NCBI GenBank assembly: GCA_950097015.1
Contig: CATNEN010000019.1
Location: 124,001-188,000, forward strand
From: Macrostomum hystrix
Lineage: Eukaryota; Animalia; Platyhelminthes
Direction of reading: 5' to 3'
Length of the DNA stretch: 64,000 bases
Shown: in pieces, positions 1 through 12,496 of the stretch
Layout of the letters: each line of letters begins with the position of its first letter
Numbering within the stretch: the first letter of the stretch is position 1
The notes under the pieces: model-generated
What the model saw: only the letters and a program-made list of their open reading frames with translations
Databases searched by the model: none
What the model was told of the DNA's origin: nothing
Made by a program: the position numbers and the translations under genes

Positions 1-1894
1 TGATCTGCATTCCGGCCTCCTTGAGCTTGAGTAACAGTTTCTCGACCTCATCCAGCTCGGTCTTGGACCTGGCTCCAACACAGACATCGTCCTGTTAGAC
101 GACCAGGTTCGACACTAGACCACCAATCGTTGCTTCCTGGCCGCATGAAACTGTGCGCTCGCCGTCTTCACGCTCTATGGCATCCTTGTCCAGCGTAGCA
201 GTCCGATCGGAGTGTTGATCGTGAGAATTTCCTTTGAGGGCTCATCCAGCTCAAGCTGGTTGTACGCGTCCGCCAGATTGACGGTGCTGAAGTGGGACAT
301 TCCCGCAAGCTCGCAGAATGCCGTCTCGATGTTGGGCAGCGGGTTGGAGTCAGTGCAGATTTTAGAGTTCACCCCAATCTTGTAGTTGGCGCAGATTCTG
401 ACATCGCCATTCGGCTTCCTCACGACCACGATCGCAGATGCCCACTGACTGCCTCCTAGTGCGGCAGGCTCCAGAACACCGCTGTTGAGCTTCTAGAGCT
501 TCGTGATGACCAGTGGCTTCAGGTAGATGGGCACAGGTCGCGCCTCGAAGTAGCTCGGCTGGACTTTATCCCTCAGCAAGATGCGCGCCTTGAAGCCATG
601 CAGCTTCTCAAGGGGCGTCTCCTGCGCTTGTCCCACATGGTTGAGGCATCCAGATCGAATCGCAGGAGGCCCGTGCCGAGAAGACTGGTTCTTGCTGCAG
701 GCTGCAACCGTGACATCCACGCAGGCCATCTTGTTCTCCAGCTCGAAAACTGCTGTAAAGCTGCCGAGCGTCTTGATTATCGTGCCATGGAACTGTCGGA
801 GTTGCTGCCTGCACTGCCGCAGCCTGAGTTGCTTCCAGAAGTTCTGCGGGATGATGGTGGCGTCCGATCCCAACTCCAGCTGCATCGCCAGAGTATGACC
901 GTCGATCAGCACAGTCTTCAGGCTGCTGGTCTTGTGTTGCTGGGTGCTGCTACAACACAGCAGGGTCCACCCTCCGCCGCCTCGGCTGCCTTGATTTCGT
1001 GGGCTGATCAGGGGCAGACTTGCACACCGCCGCAAAGTGGTTCCTCTTGCTGCACTTGTTGCAGGTCTTGCCTCGAGCTGGGCAGCGGCCGGGTTGGTGC
1101 TGCAAACCGCAGGAGCTGCAGGCTGCTTGTCCTTCTCGCCTGTTCTTGTCAATGCTGGCGATGGAAGCTGGCATTGGGGCTGCAGTCTCCCCTGTCTTCT
1201 GACTGTCCCCGCTGCCGTACTGCTGGATCAGCTCGAGTGGCTGGATGAACTCGACGCTGCTGTCGAGGGCCACTGGCTGCGATGAGCCCTGAATATGCTC
1301 CAGAATCCGGCTGCAGTGCTGTACACTGTAGCCCACTACAAGCATTATCTGTATCAGCTCGTCCTTGGCCATTTGGTGGCTGTTCTCCGCATTCAAGCTG
1401 TCGAACTCGCAGAAGCGGGCGGCATCCCGAAGTTTCTGTGCAAAGATCTGTACTGACTCCGACGTCTCTTGGCGCATAGAGATGAATCTCGTACATTCGG
1501 TGATGACTAGCTTCTTCTTCGGGAGAGTCTTCTCCATGATTTATTTTCTAATATCTGCGTAGTTTATCTCCTCCAAATCCTTAGGCTTTGCCATGACACT
1601 GACGACTCGCACTGCATTCACGCCAGCTTTCGCTAGAAAGAGGATGGTGACCTGCCGATTTTCAGCCATGTCAGTGAGATTGTTGCTGCAGCTGAGAGCA
1701 GCAAAGCTTCGTAGCCAAGCTTCCGTCATTGCGGGGTCATTCAGCGGCAGATCGTCTGCTCGTGACGCCATTGTCGTGCCATTTGTTATGAAGTGGACTC
1801 TTGTTTTAGGAGATAGCTCAGCCGAAAAACTTTAACTTTGCTGATGGCCACTCTGCCCTTTATATACAATTTTAATAATAATAATGATCATACA
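1..1894 (-). mobile_element. Degenerate Ty3/Gypsy LTR retrotransposon, 5' part (LTR-gag-protease-RT), running off the left edge
   Basis: Gag pieces at 1541..1771 and 950..1537 with a CCHC knuckle (CNKCSKRNHFAAVC). Degenerate aspartic protease (VLIDGHTLAMQLELGSDATII) in 493..1152. RT motifs (VVRKPNGDVRICANYK; FSTVNLADAYNQLEL) in 175..429. Several frameshifts and stops. Confidence 0.92.
1773..1894 (-). repeat. Putative short 5' LTR (1784..1894) plus primer-binding site
   Basis: Minus strand reads TGTATGATCA...TTCATAACA, then AA-TGGCACGAC (PBS-like) directly before the gag ATG at 1771. The matching 3' LTR is outside the window. Confidence 0.6.
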
Positions 1895-2846
1895 AAAAAT
1901 ACATTTTTATTTAGGGTGGAAACTGATTAAAGAAGGCATTAAATTTGAAGGTTATTGAGTAGGATTTGAGTAGCAACTGAACTGAGGCACAGGAACTGTT
2001 TTAAACAAATTCTGACAAGCAAGTAGTAAAAATTTGTATACAACAGGTTACAGGACAGCTTCAAGTATTATACACTTTATGCTGGGTAGATGCAAGACAA
2101 GAAAAATAGTAAAATATTGAATATAATAATATTTGGAATATGCAAGACAAAAATAGCATACACTTAGATACTATGAAGAACCTCTCTGCAGTGCTAACCT
2201 AGTGGGACTAAGCCATCAAAGAGTGGCACAACATAAACTAGCAACAAAAATACAACATGAAAATCAAATTCAAAGGCAGGAAATTTTTGTAAAAATTTGT
2301 GGTGAGTCAAGAAAAGTAAATAGACTGTTCTATTATTGCCTATTTGATTTTTGCCCTCTAGTGTCAGTTTATATGAGATCATATTGGCATTTTGCACAAG
2401 CAAAAGAAGAAAACAGAAGAACCAAAAGAAAACAGTAAAAAAACCAAGTGGCCGGCTCAATAACAACATTGAGCATAGAATTCTAACCAATTAAAAACAG
2501 GACATAAAGCAATGTTAGGATTTTCCTATAGAAAATAATTTTTAAATTAAATCTGAAACATACATAGATAAACTAGACCTTCGTTGTGCAGCATGTATTG
2601 CATTTATACTTTACTACTCGTGATTTACTAGAAAAGAGTAGTAATATGTGTGTTTAATACTTTGCGAACATGCTTGTAGTTTGCTTGGTTGTCAGCCACC
2701 TACGGAGTGGCTATTCTTAGCTAGATGCAAAAAGTTATAAATTTTAACTTCATATTTTTAAATAATTTTTTAACATTTTGAAATATTTTTTTATTTTGCG
2801 ATATTTTCAGTACCGATCTGTGTGTCTAGCATTTTCAAGCTTACAA

Positions 2847-5800
2847 ATGTTAACAGACGGCGACGACGGCATAGTCAACGACAGTTGCAGCAGTCTTGCT
2901 GACCTAATTATTCGACATGGTCACTTACCTGCTGCCTGGTGTAATTCACCTGTGCTACGCGACTGCCTTGGCCAGCTAACCAGTCTTGGCGCTACTCAGC
3001 TGCGTGGAGAGCCTCACCGGCTGGCCCAGCGACACTCAGAGCTAGCCAGAGAGGCACAGGAGACTGCAGCAAGGAATTACGCAGTGTTCATTCGATCTGC
3101 CGAGGCCACGCGGGCCATGTCTGCTGAGTTAGGTCGCGTTGAAACCACAGTGGAGTCACTTTTATCCGATCGACTGCCAAGGCTTGCAGGACGTTGCGCC
3201 GCCTTCTCTGAGTCAGTGGGCCAGCTGGCTAGCCGGCGAAGGCGTGTGCAACTAGGGCTACATAGACATGCCCAGGTCAGTTCTTTTAGTATCGAAAGTA
3301 CATCTCTTATTAGTTTTTTTCTGCATTATCACGTTATTACCCATTATATCCAGCTACTTAGGAGATGGCAACTAAGTCACTGAATTATTTGATTTCCTTT
3401 TGGAATTTTTATATGCTGATAATTATGTTATCGTTAGAGAAAATAATTTTGCTTGATTTTAGCTTTTAACACGTCTTCACGTTCAACAATTAGTTTAACA
3501 ACCTGAATTGTACACCTTTCTATCTCATTGATTATTCTCGTTTTTGTAGACATTTTCTGCTGCTGCTTTTTGCGTAATCAACAAAGCTTTCCGTGATAAA
3601 AAACGCTAATGGATGCTATGCGCATTTTTACGAATACCCTTGCTACCCTTGAATACTCTTTATGCACTATGTGAATAAATCTTAAATGAATGTAAATTTC
3701 ACATTAAAGGTGCTGGAAGTTCTGGAAATACCACAGTTATTGGATACTTGCGTACGCAACGACTATTGGGAAGAGGCCCTGGAGCTTGTTAGCTATGCCA
3801 AGAGGCTTGAGCGAGGCCGAGGCCTTTTGGAGGCTCAAGTTGTTGCCGGCGTGCTGGACGAAGTTCGGCGAGTCAGTGAGCAGATGCTGGCCCAAGTTGC
3901 GGGCCGCCTGCGCTCTGGCCGGCTGCAGTTGCCCGACTGTCTGCGTTTGCTCGGCTACTTGCGCCGACTGGCTGCCTATCCTGAGCCGCAGCTGAGGCTT
4001 CACTTCTTGGCGTCTAGGGACGCTTACCTCAGTGTTCAGCTGGCCACTTTGTCTGAGGATGATCCCTACCTACACGCCAGGCAGACTGTTGAGGACACAA
4101 GGTAAGGCATGATGCAACAATTCTATAGTCGTTAATTTATTTAGTAGACTACGTACTGTATTGCTTTAAATCGTTTAATATAGCTTTTTGCAGACCATTT
4201 GATCCTTCGAGCATTCGATTTAATCCACAGTGGCAAAATCCAAGCGTTTCAGGCCAATTTTCAAGTTGTCTATGGCCAAAAGTATGACCATAGAGCAATC
4301 GATTTGATCCTTCGGACACGCATTTAAGCCTCTCTCCACTGTTTGGTTGTTAATGGTAATGTTGCCCTAGAACACAGACTAGACAGAATTATCATCAGAC
4401 GTCAGAGAGCGAAGCAGCTAACACTATGTTCGACGAAGAAAGTGAGGACAGCTTTGATTCCATCGACGAAGTTGACGAGCCCGTGGAACGAGGGCCATAT
4501 GCCAAGATAAGCACGAGAAGTACGAGCTGATAGTGAGCGCAGTCAACGGGGTCAGCGAGTCCGGCGCGTGCTGCACACACAACGAGGAGTGCAGGTGAAC
4601 GTCCTGCAGGCCATTGCATTGGACCTTGTCCACCACAGGATTGTCTGCCAGACCCTGACCGCGAACTTGTTCCAGGCATTTGTTGAAGAGCTGCTCCAAG
4701 CAGTCAGCAACCGCGATGACGCCAACAATGCCGACCAGTTCTGCATCATCATGGATGGCGCTCAATTCAACAACGGAGTGGGATTCCCGAGCAATTTGCA
4801 GCTAACTAGAGCGACGTGGTGCTGCCTCCGTACTCGCCGTTCCTCAATCCGGTAGAGAGCACGCACTCGTGCCTGAAGGCGGTGATCAAGCGACAGCTCT
4901 GCCAGCCATGAGTGCAGCTGGAACTGGACAACCCGGCTCCAGAGACCACACTACGTGAGTGGCGTATCCTCGTGCTGCACAGGATCGCAGAAGAAGCGAC
5001 AGCGGACATCACAGCGGTTAAGTGCGGAGGCTGGTTCCGGAATAAGCCCGAAGGCCGAAGCCCGATGGGTTTAAGAAAAATACATCCCTAAACTCTATGT
5101 GTCATCTCACTTAAATTCATGCGCTAAAAATACAACCCGCAAATTTATGTAACAGTCAGTAAGAAATCTCCGGGATGTATTTAATTACAACCCGCAAATT
5201 GGCCATACACTTCGATACTGTATTGGGGGTGTGGTGGCGAAGCCTCCACATTCTATACCATAGACATTTTATAAAGACCAAAGATTATAAATACCCAAGA
5301 TACGTCACTCAATGCAAAAATCTGGTTTTCGCTCTCATCACACACTTTATGCCATAGACATTGATAGCGCTATGCACCATTTCATGAATGAATGCTGCTA
5401 TTTTTTATTGCCGGAATACTCATATGTGGTACATTGCACAAATTGATGAATTGAACTTCATAAATTTAAGTGAATTTATATCAAATTACGCATGTGCATA
5501 GGTTGTTGCTGGCGCTAGAACTATTTCGCCTGGCAATTTTATAAATTTTATAATTTATATTTTTTATTTATTTTATACTTACACGCATATAAAAATACGC
5601 ATAGAACACGAAAAACATGGTGGGAAAAAAGTCGAGGACAGAGATGAGCAGTTCGACTAAACAAATTACAGTGCTATAGCATAACAGCTGCTGATGAAGC
5701 TCAAAGCCTGATCCATCTTTGGAATGCATCCAGTGTCTCAAGTGTTACAGCTCGCCTGCCAGATCGCTCAAGAAGTCCTGTCGAGTTCAGCTAATCGAAA

Positions 5801-8800
5801 TATTCGTTTACTCTGTCGATAAAATCAGCTGTCGACAGTGCCTGTGAGCCCAGCTGATTGTGAGAGACCGCGGTGCGCATGCCACCCGCAACGGAGTGAC
5901 AGAGCACTTGAGCTGCCAGTGCCACTCGCATCTTCTGCCCGATTTTTGGATTGATATGGCACTCCTTCAGCTTTAATGCTAGCTTTAACTCCCGCTGGCA
6001 CTCACTGTCATAAAGTCGGCAACATGGTGCCAACTTGCCAGCTTGCCCTCCGCGTATTCGATGTCCGACCGCATGAGACAGTTGCGCAAGTTTTTTAAGC
6101 AGTGCTGAATGTCGATCATGAGGTAAACATCATCTCCAGTTATAGGATGTTGCATGCTGCACTTGCCATCTACTGTTATGCTCTTCAAGTACGCCCACTA
6201 TGTGGTCTCCTGATCGCAGACCAAAGCTTTGACTGTGATTACCAGCTGAGTGTGCTGCTCGCAAGCAAGTGTCAATTGCCGACCTAAACTGATGCTGGCT
6301 CATGCCGTGGTACGAAGTGAAGTACGCAATCGGTTGTTTCCATGGTGCTGCTATGCCGCGTAACATTGCAACTGCTGCTTGATTTACCGGCTTCCGCTCC
6401 TGAGCAGCATTATTGCCAGTTGACCAACCAATTATGCTGTCGGTGAGTTCATGGTAGCGTAATGAGGGGGTGAGGTGCATGGCATCCACACAGCTTTGCG
6501 AGTCGGTACCGATCAGGCTTCCTCTCCATGCAATCACGCAACTCCGAGATGATCTTCGAGCACACGCCCTCCTGCCTAAACAGCAGTTGATTATGCCTTC
6601 TGATAGTCGCTTCTGACGGCAGACCCAAGTCTTCGGAGGCTCTTAGGTGGCGGTACGCTGCAGGGCTGTGATGGTGCAGTGCTATCGCCCTGTTCAATTC
6701 AGATCTTGTCCATCTAAGTCCTTTCTGCTTCGTTTTACATCGCATAGAGCTTGTACGGGCTATTGAATGGAGCCTTCTGCACTTGGTCTGTAGGTCTTTG
6801 ATAGTCTTGCGCTGACGAACTATCTTGCAGCGCATAGCAGGCAGTGCCTTCAAGTCGCTAGTGCCTGAGGCAGGTTCAACCGGTGAAGGTCGCATGTCAG
6901 ACCTTGATGCTTCTGCAAAGCTCTGCAGCACTGGTGGGTATAGATTGTCAGCAGTGTTATCTGGCAGAGGTTCAGGATCAGGGGAGACTGGTCGTAGCAG
7001 AGGAGGAAATGAGTCGCAATCCGGTAGAGTGCTCTTCCGAAGCCTTGCTCCTGGCCTGCTTCTGCCCACTGCTTGTCTGACAAAGTCTTCGTCCCGAAAG
7101 TGAAGGCCACAAACCTTCAGCCTGTGCTTCCTTACGAAATCCAGATTTAAATGATTCAGCTCCAAGATTGTCAGCCATTGTCAGCCATCGAAGCCATTCT
7201 TGTGCTATATCATTCTTCGATGGAAAGCTGTGAAGCTGCACTCTTCTTCCGTCCTTCGGAGGAGCCGAGTAAACTGATGTTAAACAGCCTCTGACGCAAC
7301 AGAAGCGTGAATTTAGAGACTGCTGCATGAGAGAATTCTGGAGACGAATACTTTTCTATACTTTTCTCCTTGGTGTGCTGTGCTTTAAAAGAAAAGAAAA
7401 ATTCTGGAAACGACTGCTGCTGCTGCTGATGATGCGAATTTGGCGATTTGTAGCTGACCTAATGTTTGTCTATGGCATAAAGTGTGTGATGAGAGCGAAA
7501 ACCAGATTTTTGCATTGAGTGACGTATCTTGGGTATTTATAATCTTTGATAAAGACTGACATAAGACAGATAAATAGCAGCAAAGCCTAACTGAAACAAA
7601 TTTAACTTGTACTTAAAAGTTACACTATAGTTTACATCCCTTAACTAATGGCAGAACGAAGACTTATTTTAAAACCGTTGGTTGATTGTTCTAAAGAATA
7701 CGTCGGAGACTATGATCCAAATAAGCTTACGATGGACGATTTAGACCAACTGCTGGACGCTGGTGAAGATTTGCGAAACCCTTACGCATTGCAAGAGGTG
7801 CGGTCGTCGCGTGAAGAACCTGGTCCATCAACGCTGCCCAAGGACTTGACTCTCGATATGGTTCGATCAGTTAATGAGTCGACAAAGCCTGCCAATACCG
7901 CCAATCGGAACAAGTGGTCCACTGGCGTCTTTGATAGGTGGCGCTCTGGCCGTTCCAACGATTCTATTGTGCTGTGCAAGAACTTAGCGATGATGAGCTA
8001 AACGAATTCCTTCCTGTTTTCATTCATGAAGTGACCCGTGCCGATGGGACTCAATATCCGCCAAACACACTCGTGTCAATTGTTGCTGGTCTGCAACAAA
8101 CTATCTGCAAGGTGCGTAAAGTTGATTTCTTTCGCAATGAGCGATTCAGCATTGTGCGTGAAAGTCTGGACGCCGCCATCAAGATTGGGATAATAAATGG
8201 CTTAGGACTAGCCAGGAAATCTGCTGAAGTTGTTGGCTATGAAGATGAGGAGAAACTTTGGGAGAAAGTGTTAGGCGACGAAGATCCTACGAGTCTGATC
8301 AGAGCTTTCGGGGATACGGGCGACAGACAGGAGAGGGGGAGAAAGTTATGCGGGACAGACAGGAGAGGGGGGAGAAAGTTATGGGAGACAGATCTTAACG
8401 GCCGTTATCTTAACGGCTTGCATTTTGCTCTACGTGGCGGTCAGGAACGTAGTGCCCTGTGCATTTCGCAATTCAGTGTGCAAGAGCGAGAGGGACAGAA
8501 ATGTATTGTTTACAAAGAGATGGCCACGAAGACGAATGCTGGTGGATTGCGCGACACTCGCTTCAAACCAAAGTTCTTCACTTCGCCAATGCAGCCAATC
8601 CGGAACGTTGTCATGTTCGGCTTTTCGAGATTTTTAAGAAAGTCAGGTCTAGCCAGAGTAATTGATTTTACCTTCTGCCGCTGAAGCAACCATCGGAGAA
8701 ACAATGGTACTCGAATCGTCCAATTGGCAAAAACACTCTGACAAAGTTTCTGCATGAAATGTGCACTGAAGCCGAGATTTCTGGCCACAAGACTAATCAT

Positions 8801-11800
8801 AGTCTACGCGCTACATGTGCTACACGTTTTTACCAAGCTGGCGTTGAAGAACAGCAAATAACGGAACGAACAGGTCACCGAAGTTTGGCTGGAGTCCGCA
8901 CGTCCGACAGTGGACGTCCGACATTCAAATCGCCAATTCCTGCGCTGTATTGGACACTAAAATACTACGCGAGGCTGAGACAGACGCAGCTAGCGTCCGC
9001 GGTGAGCGTCAGCTGAATTTCAGTTTTAATAACTGCTCAGTCATCATCAAAATTGATTACATGCATGCGATGAACCCAACCCGAGGGGTTTAAGAAAAAT
9101 ACATCGCTAAACTCTATGTGTTATCTTCAACCTAAAAACTGATCTACCTTAAGTCGAAACAAACTAACTAACCTAAGTAAACTAAACTACCTTGTTGCCC
9201 ACTAATAAGACCTGCAAATTTTCCTTTTCCGGTTATATTCATAATCTCGTTTTTTGTCATCCAAAATGAAATATAAAATATACAACTCTAAAAAATACAA
9301 ATTCTAGCTCGGTATTTTGTGTCTGTGGTAAAAATACATCCCGGAAAAGACCTTCGCATGGATTTAATTGGAAGTAAATGTGTTGGACAAAATACAATTG
9401 GTACGAAGTTGTATCCAGTTTTAAAAAGTCTGGCACCTGTACTTTAGCGATTATATACGATCTACGGTCGTAGTTTATAAATGAAAATTAATGTTTCGTA
9501 TTTATTGTAGTATATAATATCGAAGTATTTATGAGATCTATGATATTCAGAAATTTAATATATTTTGTAGGGAGATAAAATTTTCGCGTTTCTTAAATTT
9601 TCTATTCTGCAAAATCCAAAAAGTAGTTGGATAACTATATTGTATTGGATTGTATAATTGTTGAGTTGTATTGGATAACTAAAAATGGAATTTGTGTTTA
9701 TACACTAGCAAACAACTTTTATTAATAGCGTAAGGCTTAAGTATTAAGGAAGAATCTATAATAGGGTGTCATGAAGAGCATCTAAAACATCTATAAAGTA
9801 TACTAAAAACGACGTACTTCATTGTCGTTGCTGCAGTTCGTTTAAAATAAGCTAGAAGCACAATCAGATTATATGCATAGTAAAAAGTCCAAAAGTCCAA
9901 TTTCGTTTTTGATAAATTGAAGGGCTACTAAAGTAGAAAGGCGATGCAGTCGCAAATCGTGTATATTTTTTAGCTGACAATTTTTTTTAATTTGTCTTAT
10001 TTAGTTGCAAGTAAATGTATTGGACGAAAAATTACCTGTTCTGGCTTATGAGTGACAAATATTGTGAATTCCCTTTTGCAGCTCGAGACAGTTTTTCAGG
10101 TCTTTGACATTAGCTAGCCGGACGTTTGCCTACTTTTGCAGTTTACTTGCTATGCAAGCTAATTTTATTTTTACAGCCAGATTTTGGCTATCCCCATTAT
10201 TTTTTGTAGTTTAGTTGTAATATAATTATTATTATTATTCATATAAATCGATTACACCTGCCTCAATTAAGCCACATGTGCAGCCGACAGCACAGCCGCA
10301 GCTATTGCGCGGCGCATCTGAAGTCTGTGTACAGCAGTTCAGTCCATGGACTGGGGGACCACACCAACTCTCAATAACCCCAGCTAATGCTGGTACCCAT
10401 TTAACAGCTGGGTGAACTGAATCAATGCAGAGTTAAGTGTCTTGCTAAAGGATACAAATTGTTTTAGTGGAGTCAGGAATCAAACCCCCGACCTTTACGT
10501 CGTGAGATCTTTACGACGCTCCACAAAGCTACAACCTCCTTGTAAAAAAAACAGAAATTACTCAATGAGTTAGATCATTGTGCTAGTCTTGAATTTCAAT
10601 GCTAAGATTGGCATAATGCAAGTAAATGTACATTAATATCGAGTGCAATAATACCTGTTCTTCACACGCTTTAAATATTAAAAAGTATTGAACTATCGCT
10701 TTTAGTGGTCGAAGAAAAAGTATATCTTTTGGCTAAATTTATGTACAATTACGTACTACTTTGGCGCTCGTATGTAAGCTCAAAATGGCAATTTTGTTGG
10801 CAATTGGCAATTGGCAATTTGTCTCTTTGCCAGCAAAATATTTGTCAGAATAATTCATTTGATTCTTTGCTCTTTATAAATTCAGACAAACATCTGCTAG
10901 CAAACTGCTGGCTAATGTCGCTCTCCCGCCATAATGATAAACTAGCTTCCTTAATCCCAAAGCCTTGTGCTTGTAATACGCTCGTACTAGCAGGGACCTC
11001 TGACTTAAAGCCTATAATTTATTCATGTTCCTCAGCTTCTCACCCCTCGCCAATCCTCACACAGGAGCATGCTGTTCGACACAGTCACTCATTATCGGGC
11101 GGCATTCGCTGATCAGGATCCCCTATTATCTTCTGCTGATGGGCCAGCTAGCGAGTCCGGCCTTCTGCACTGCTGGCTTTCGCATCGAGTATGCTTGTTC
11201 CTAGAGTGTCTGGAGCGCGACTTGGGTCGCGGCGCCGGAGCCAACGGCCGTCTGGAGTCACTAATCTCCTGCTGCATGTACTTTGGCGCCAGTCTGGCAA
11301 AAATTGGTTCTGACTTTAGACCGCATCTGCTTGATCTGTTTAGTCGAGCTGCTATGACTCAGCAGCGAATTGCCATTGAGACTGCACTCAAGCATTTTCA
11401 TTCTGCAGTGTACTCGTATGCTCTAGCATTACCAACTGCAGCTTCTATACCAGCGCTTTGGAATATTAACTCGTGTATTGAAAATGAGTATAAAGAAAGC
11501 GTCTCTACCGGAAAGATGCAAACCATGTCCTTCGATGTAGATGAAATTTCGCCTCCTAGGGACTTAGTGAACTATCCGCCATTGGCTGTGCTTCTTAATG
11601 GATTGCTAACAGGTCTCAACGAACTTCGGCCCTGCATGAGCGTTTCTCTGGTGCCAGGTCTGTGCGATTCTGTCTCCGACCTTATGCAGCGCTCTGTTAC
11701 CGTACTGGTCGGCTGGTACTCAGGTGAAACCGGTGCCCTTACGCCTGCGGAGCGACATGGATTCAATTTATGCTGCGCCGCTTTTAAAAGGCTCCTGCTG

Positions 11801-12496
11801 CCACACGTGAATCGTTGCCTGGCAGCCATGTGCGACCGAGATCTAGCGGCTACCTATTTGGGTCTGACTGCCACGCAGCGAGCCTCAGATTTGCGAGAAT
11901 TTGGCTGCCTTGACGTCGATACCCTGTGTGAGCCTCTGAAACAATTCTTTGGCCCTGGTGAGCAGTCAAATGTGGATATGACCTCCGCCGTCCAAGTTGA
12001 AGTTGACTTCCATCGATCAAAATACTCGGCGAGACAGAACCATGGTGATGGCTACTGTGTTGATAATTGCGAAAAATACGAAGCTGAAAGTGGTAATCAA
12101 AGCAAGCAAGAAAAAACGGAACAGGATGCTCAAGGCGAACAAGACAACACTGAGGATGATGCTCAAGGCGAACAAGACAACACTGAGGATGATGCTCAAG
12201 GCGAACAAGACAACACTGAGGATGATGCTCAAGGCGAACAAGACAACACTGAGGATGATGCTCAAGGCGAACAAGACAACACTGAGGATGATGCTCAAGG
12301 CGAACAAGACAACACTGAGGATGATGCTCAAGGCGAACAAGACAACACTGAGGATGATGCTCAAGGCGAACAAGACAACACTGAGGATGATGCTCAAGGC
12401 GAACAAGACAACACTAAAGAAACAGAAGAAGGTGGGATCAGTGAATTTTTTTCACATGAATCCGTAGGGCGTCATGTTACATTCAACCTGCCTTAA
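2847..12496 (+). CDS. COG8: Conserved oligomeric Golgi complex subunit 8; exons 2847..3275, 3710..4101, 11065..12496
   Basis: Recognised COG8 motifs: EPHRLA, NYAVFIR, VLEVLEIPQLLDTCVRN, LQLPDCLR, LFDTVTHYRAAF, PPLAVLLN. GT-AG junctions are phase-consistent (0 and 2). Confidence 0.93.
4430..5010 (+). mobile_element. Tc1/IS630-like DDE transposase relic in COG8 intron 2
   Basis: Across frameshifts reads SIDEV ... IVCQTLTANLFQAFVEELL ... CIIMDGAQF ... PYSPFLNPVE, the DDE_3 signature. The second D and the E are about 33-34 codons apart. Ends not found. Confidence 0.75.
5279..7548 (-). mobile_element. P-element/THAP9-type DNA transposon, degenerate and truncated at the 3' end of the transposase
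   Basis: 82-bp TIRs (5279..5360 and 7467..7548, starting CAAAGATTATAAATACCC) and a perfect 8-bp TSD ATAAAGAC. THAP finger (CCVRGC...FP...W...CGLHF), SPAAYRHLR/LPS, WKQPIAYF, HCLKNLRN and KMRVALAAQVL motifs, all frameshifted. Confidence 0.93.
7648..9016 (+). mobile_element. Crypton-type tyrosine recombinase (DUF3504-like) pseudogene
   Basis: Frameshifted ORFs 7648..8001, 7938..8684 and 8759..9016 contain DGTQYPPNTL, LHFALRGGQE, NHSLRATCATRFY and TGHRS. The expected catalytic Tyr is not evident. Confidence 0.85.
10260..10545 (-). mobile_element. tRNA-derived SINE
   Basis: Minus strand has a B-box-like GGTCGGGGGTTTGATTCC (10476..10493). It is followed by CCTTTAGCAAGACACTTAAC...CACCCAGCTGTTAAATGGGTACC, which resembles the conserved central domain of metazoan SINEs. 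Ends approximate. Confidence 0.7.
12125..12421 (+). repeat. Coding 33-bp tandem repeat (9 units, DAQGEQDNTED) in the COG8 C-terminus
   Basis: Unit GATGCTCAAGGCGAACAAGACAACACTGAGGAT; 8 identical copies plus a ninth that diverges in its last codons. Confidence 0.97.

Noticed and set aside
581-1562. Several plus-strand ORFs of 60-216 aa
   Set aside because: They are antisense shadows of GC-rich Gypsy gag/pol with no recognisable motifs.
2194-2490. Overlapping ORFs on both strands upstream of COG8
   Set aside because: AT-rich low-complexity sequence with no motifs.
12017-12406. Hydrophobic repeat ORF (VLFALSIILSV)n resembling a membrane protein
   Set aside because: It is the antisense reading of the 33-bp COG8 coding repeat.
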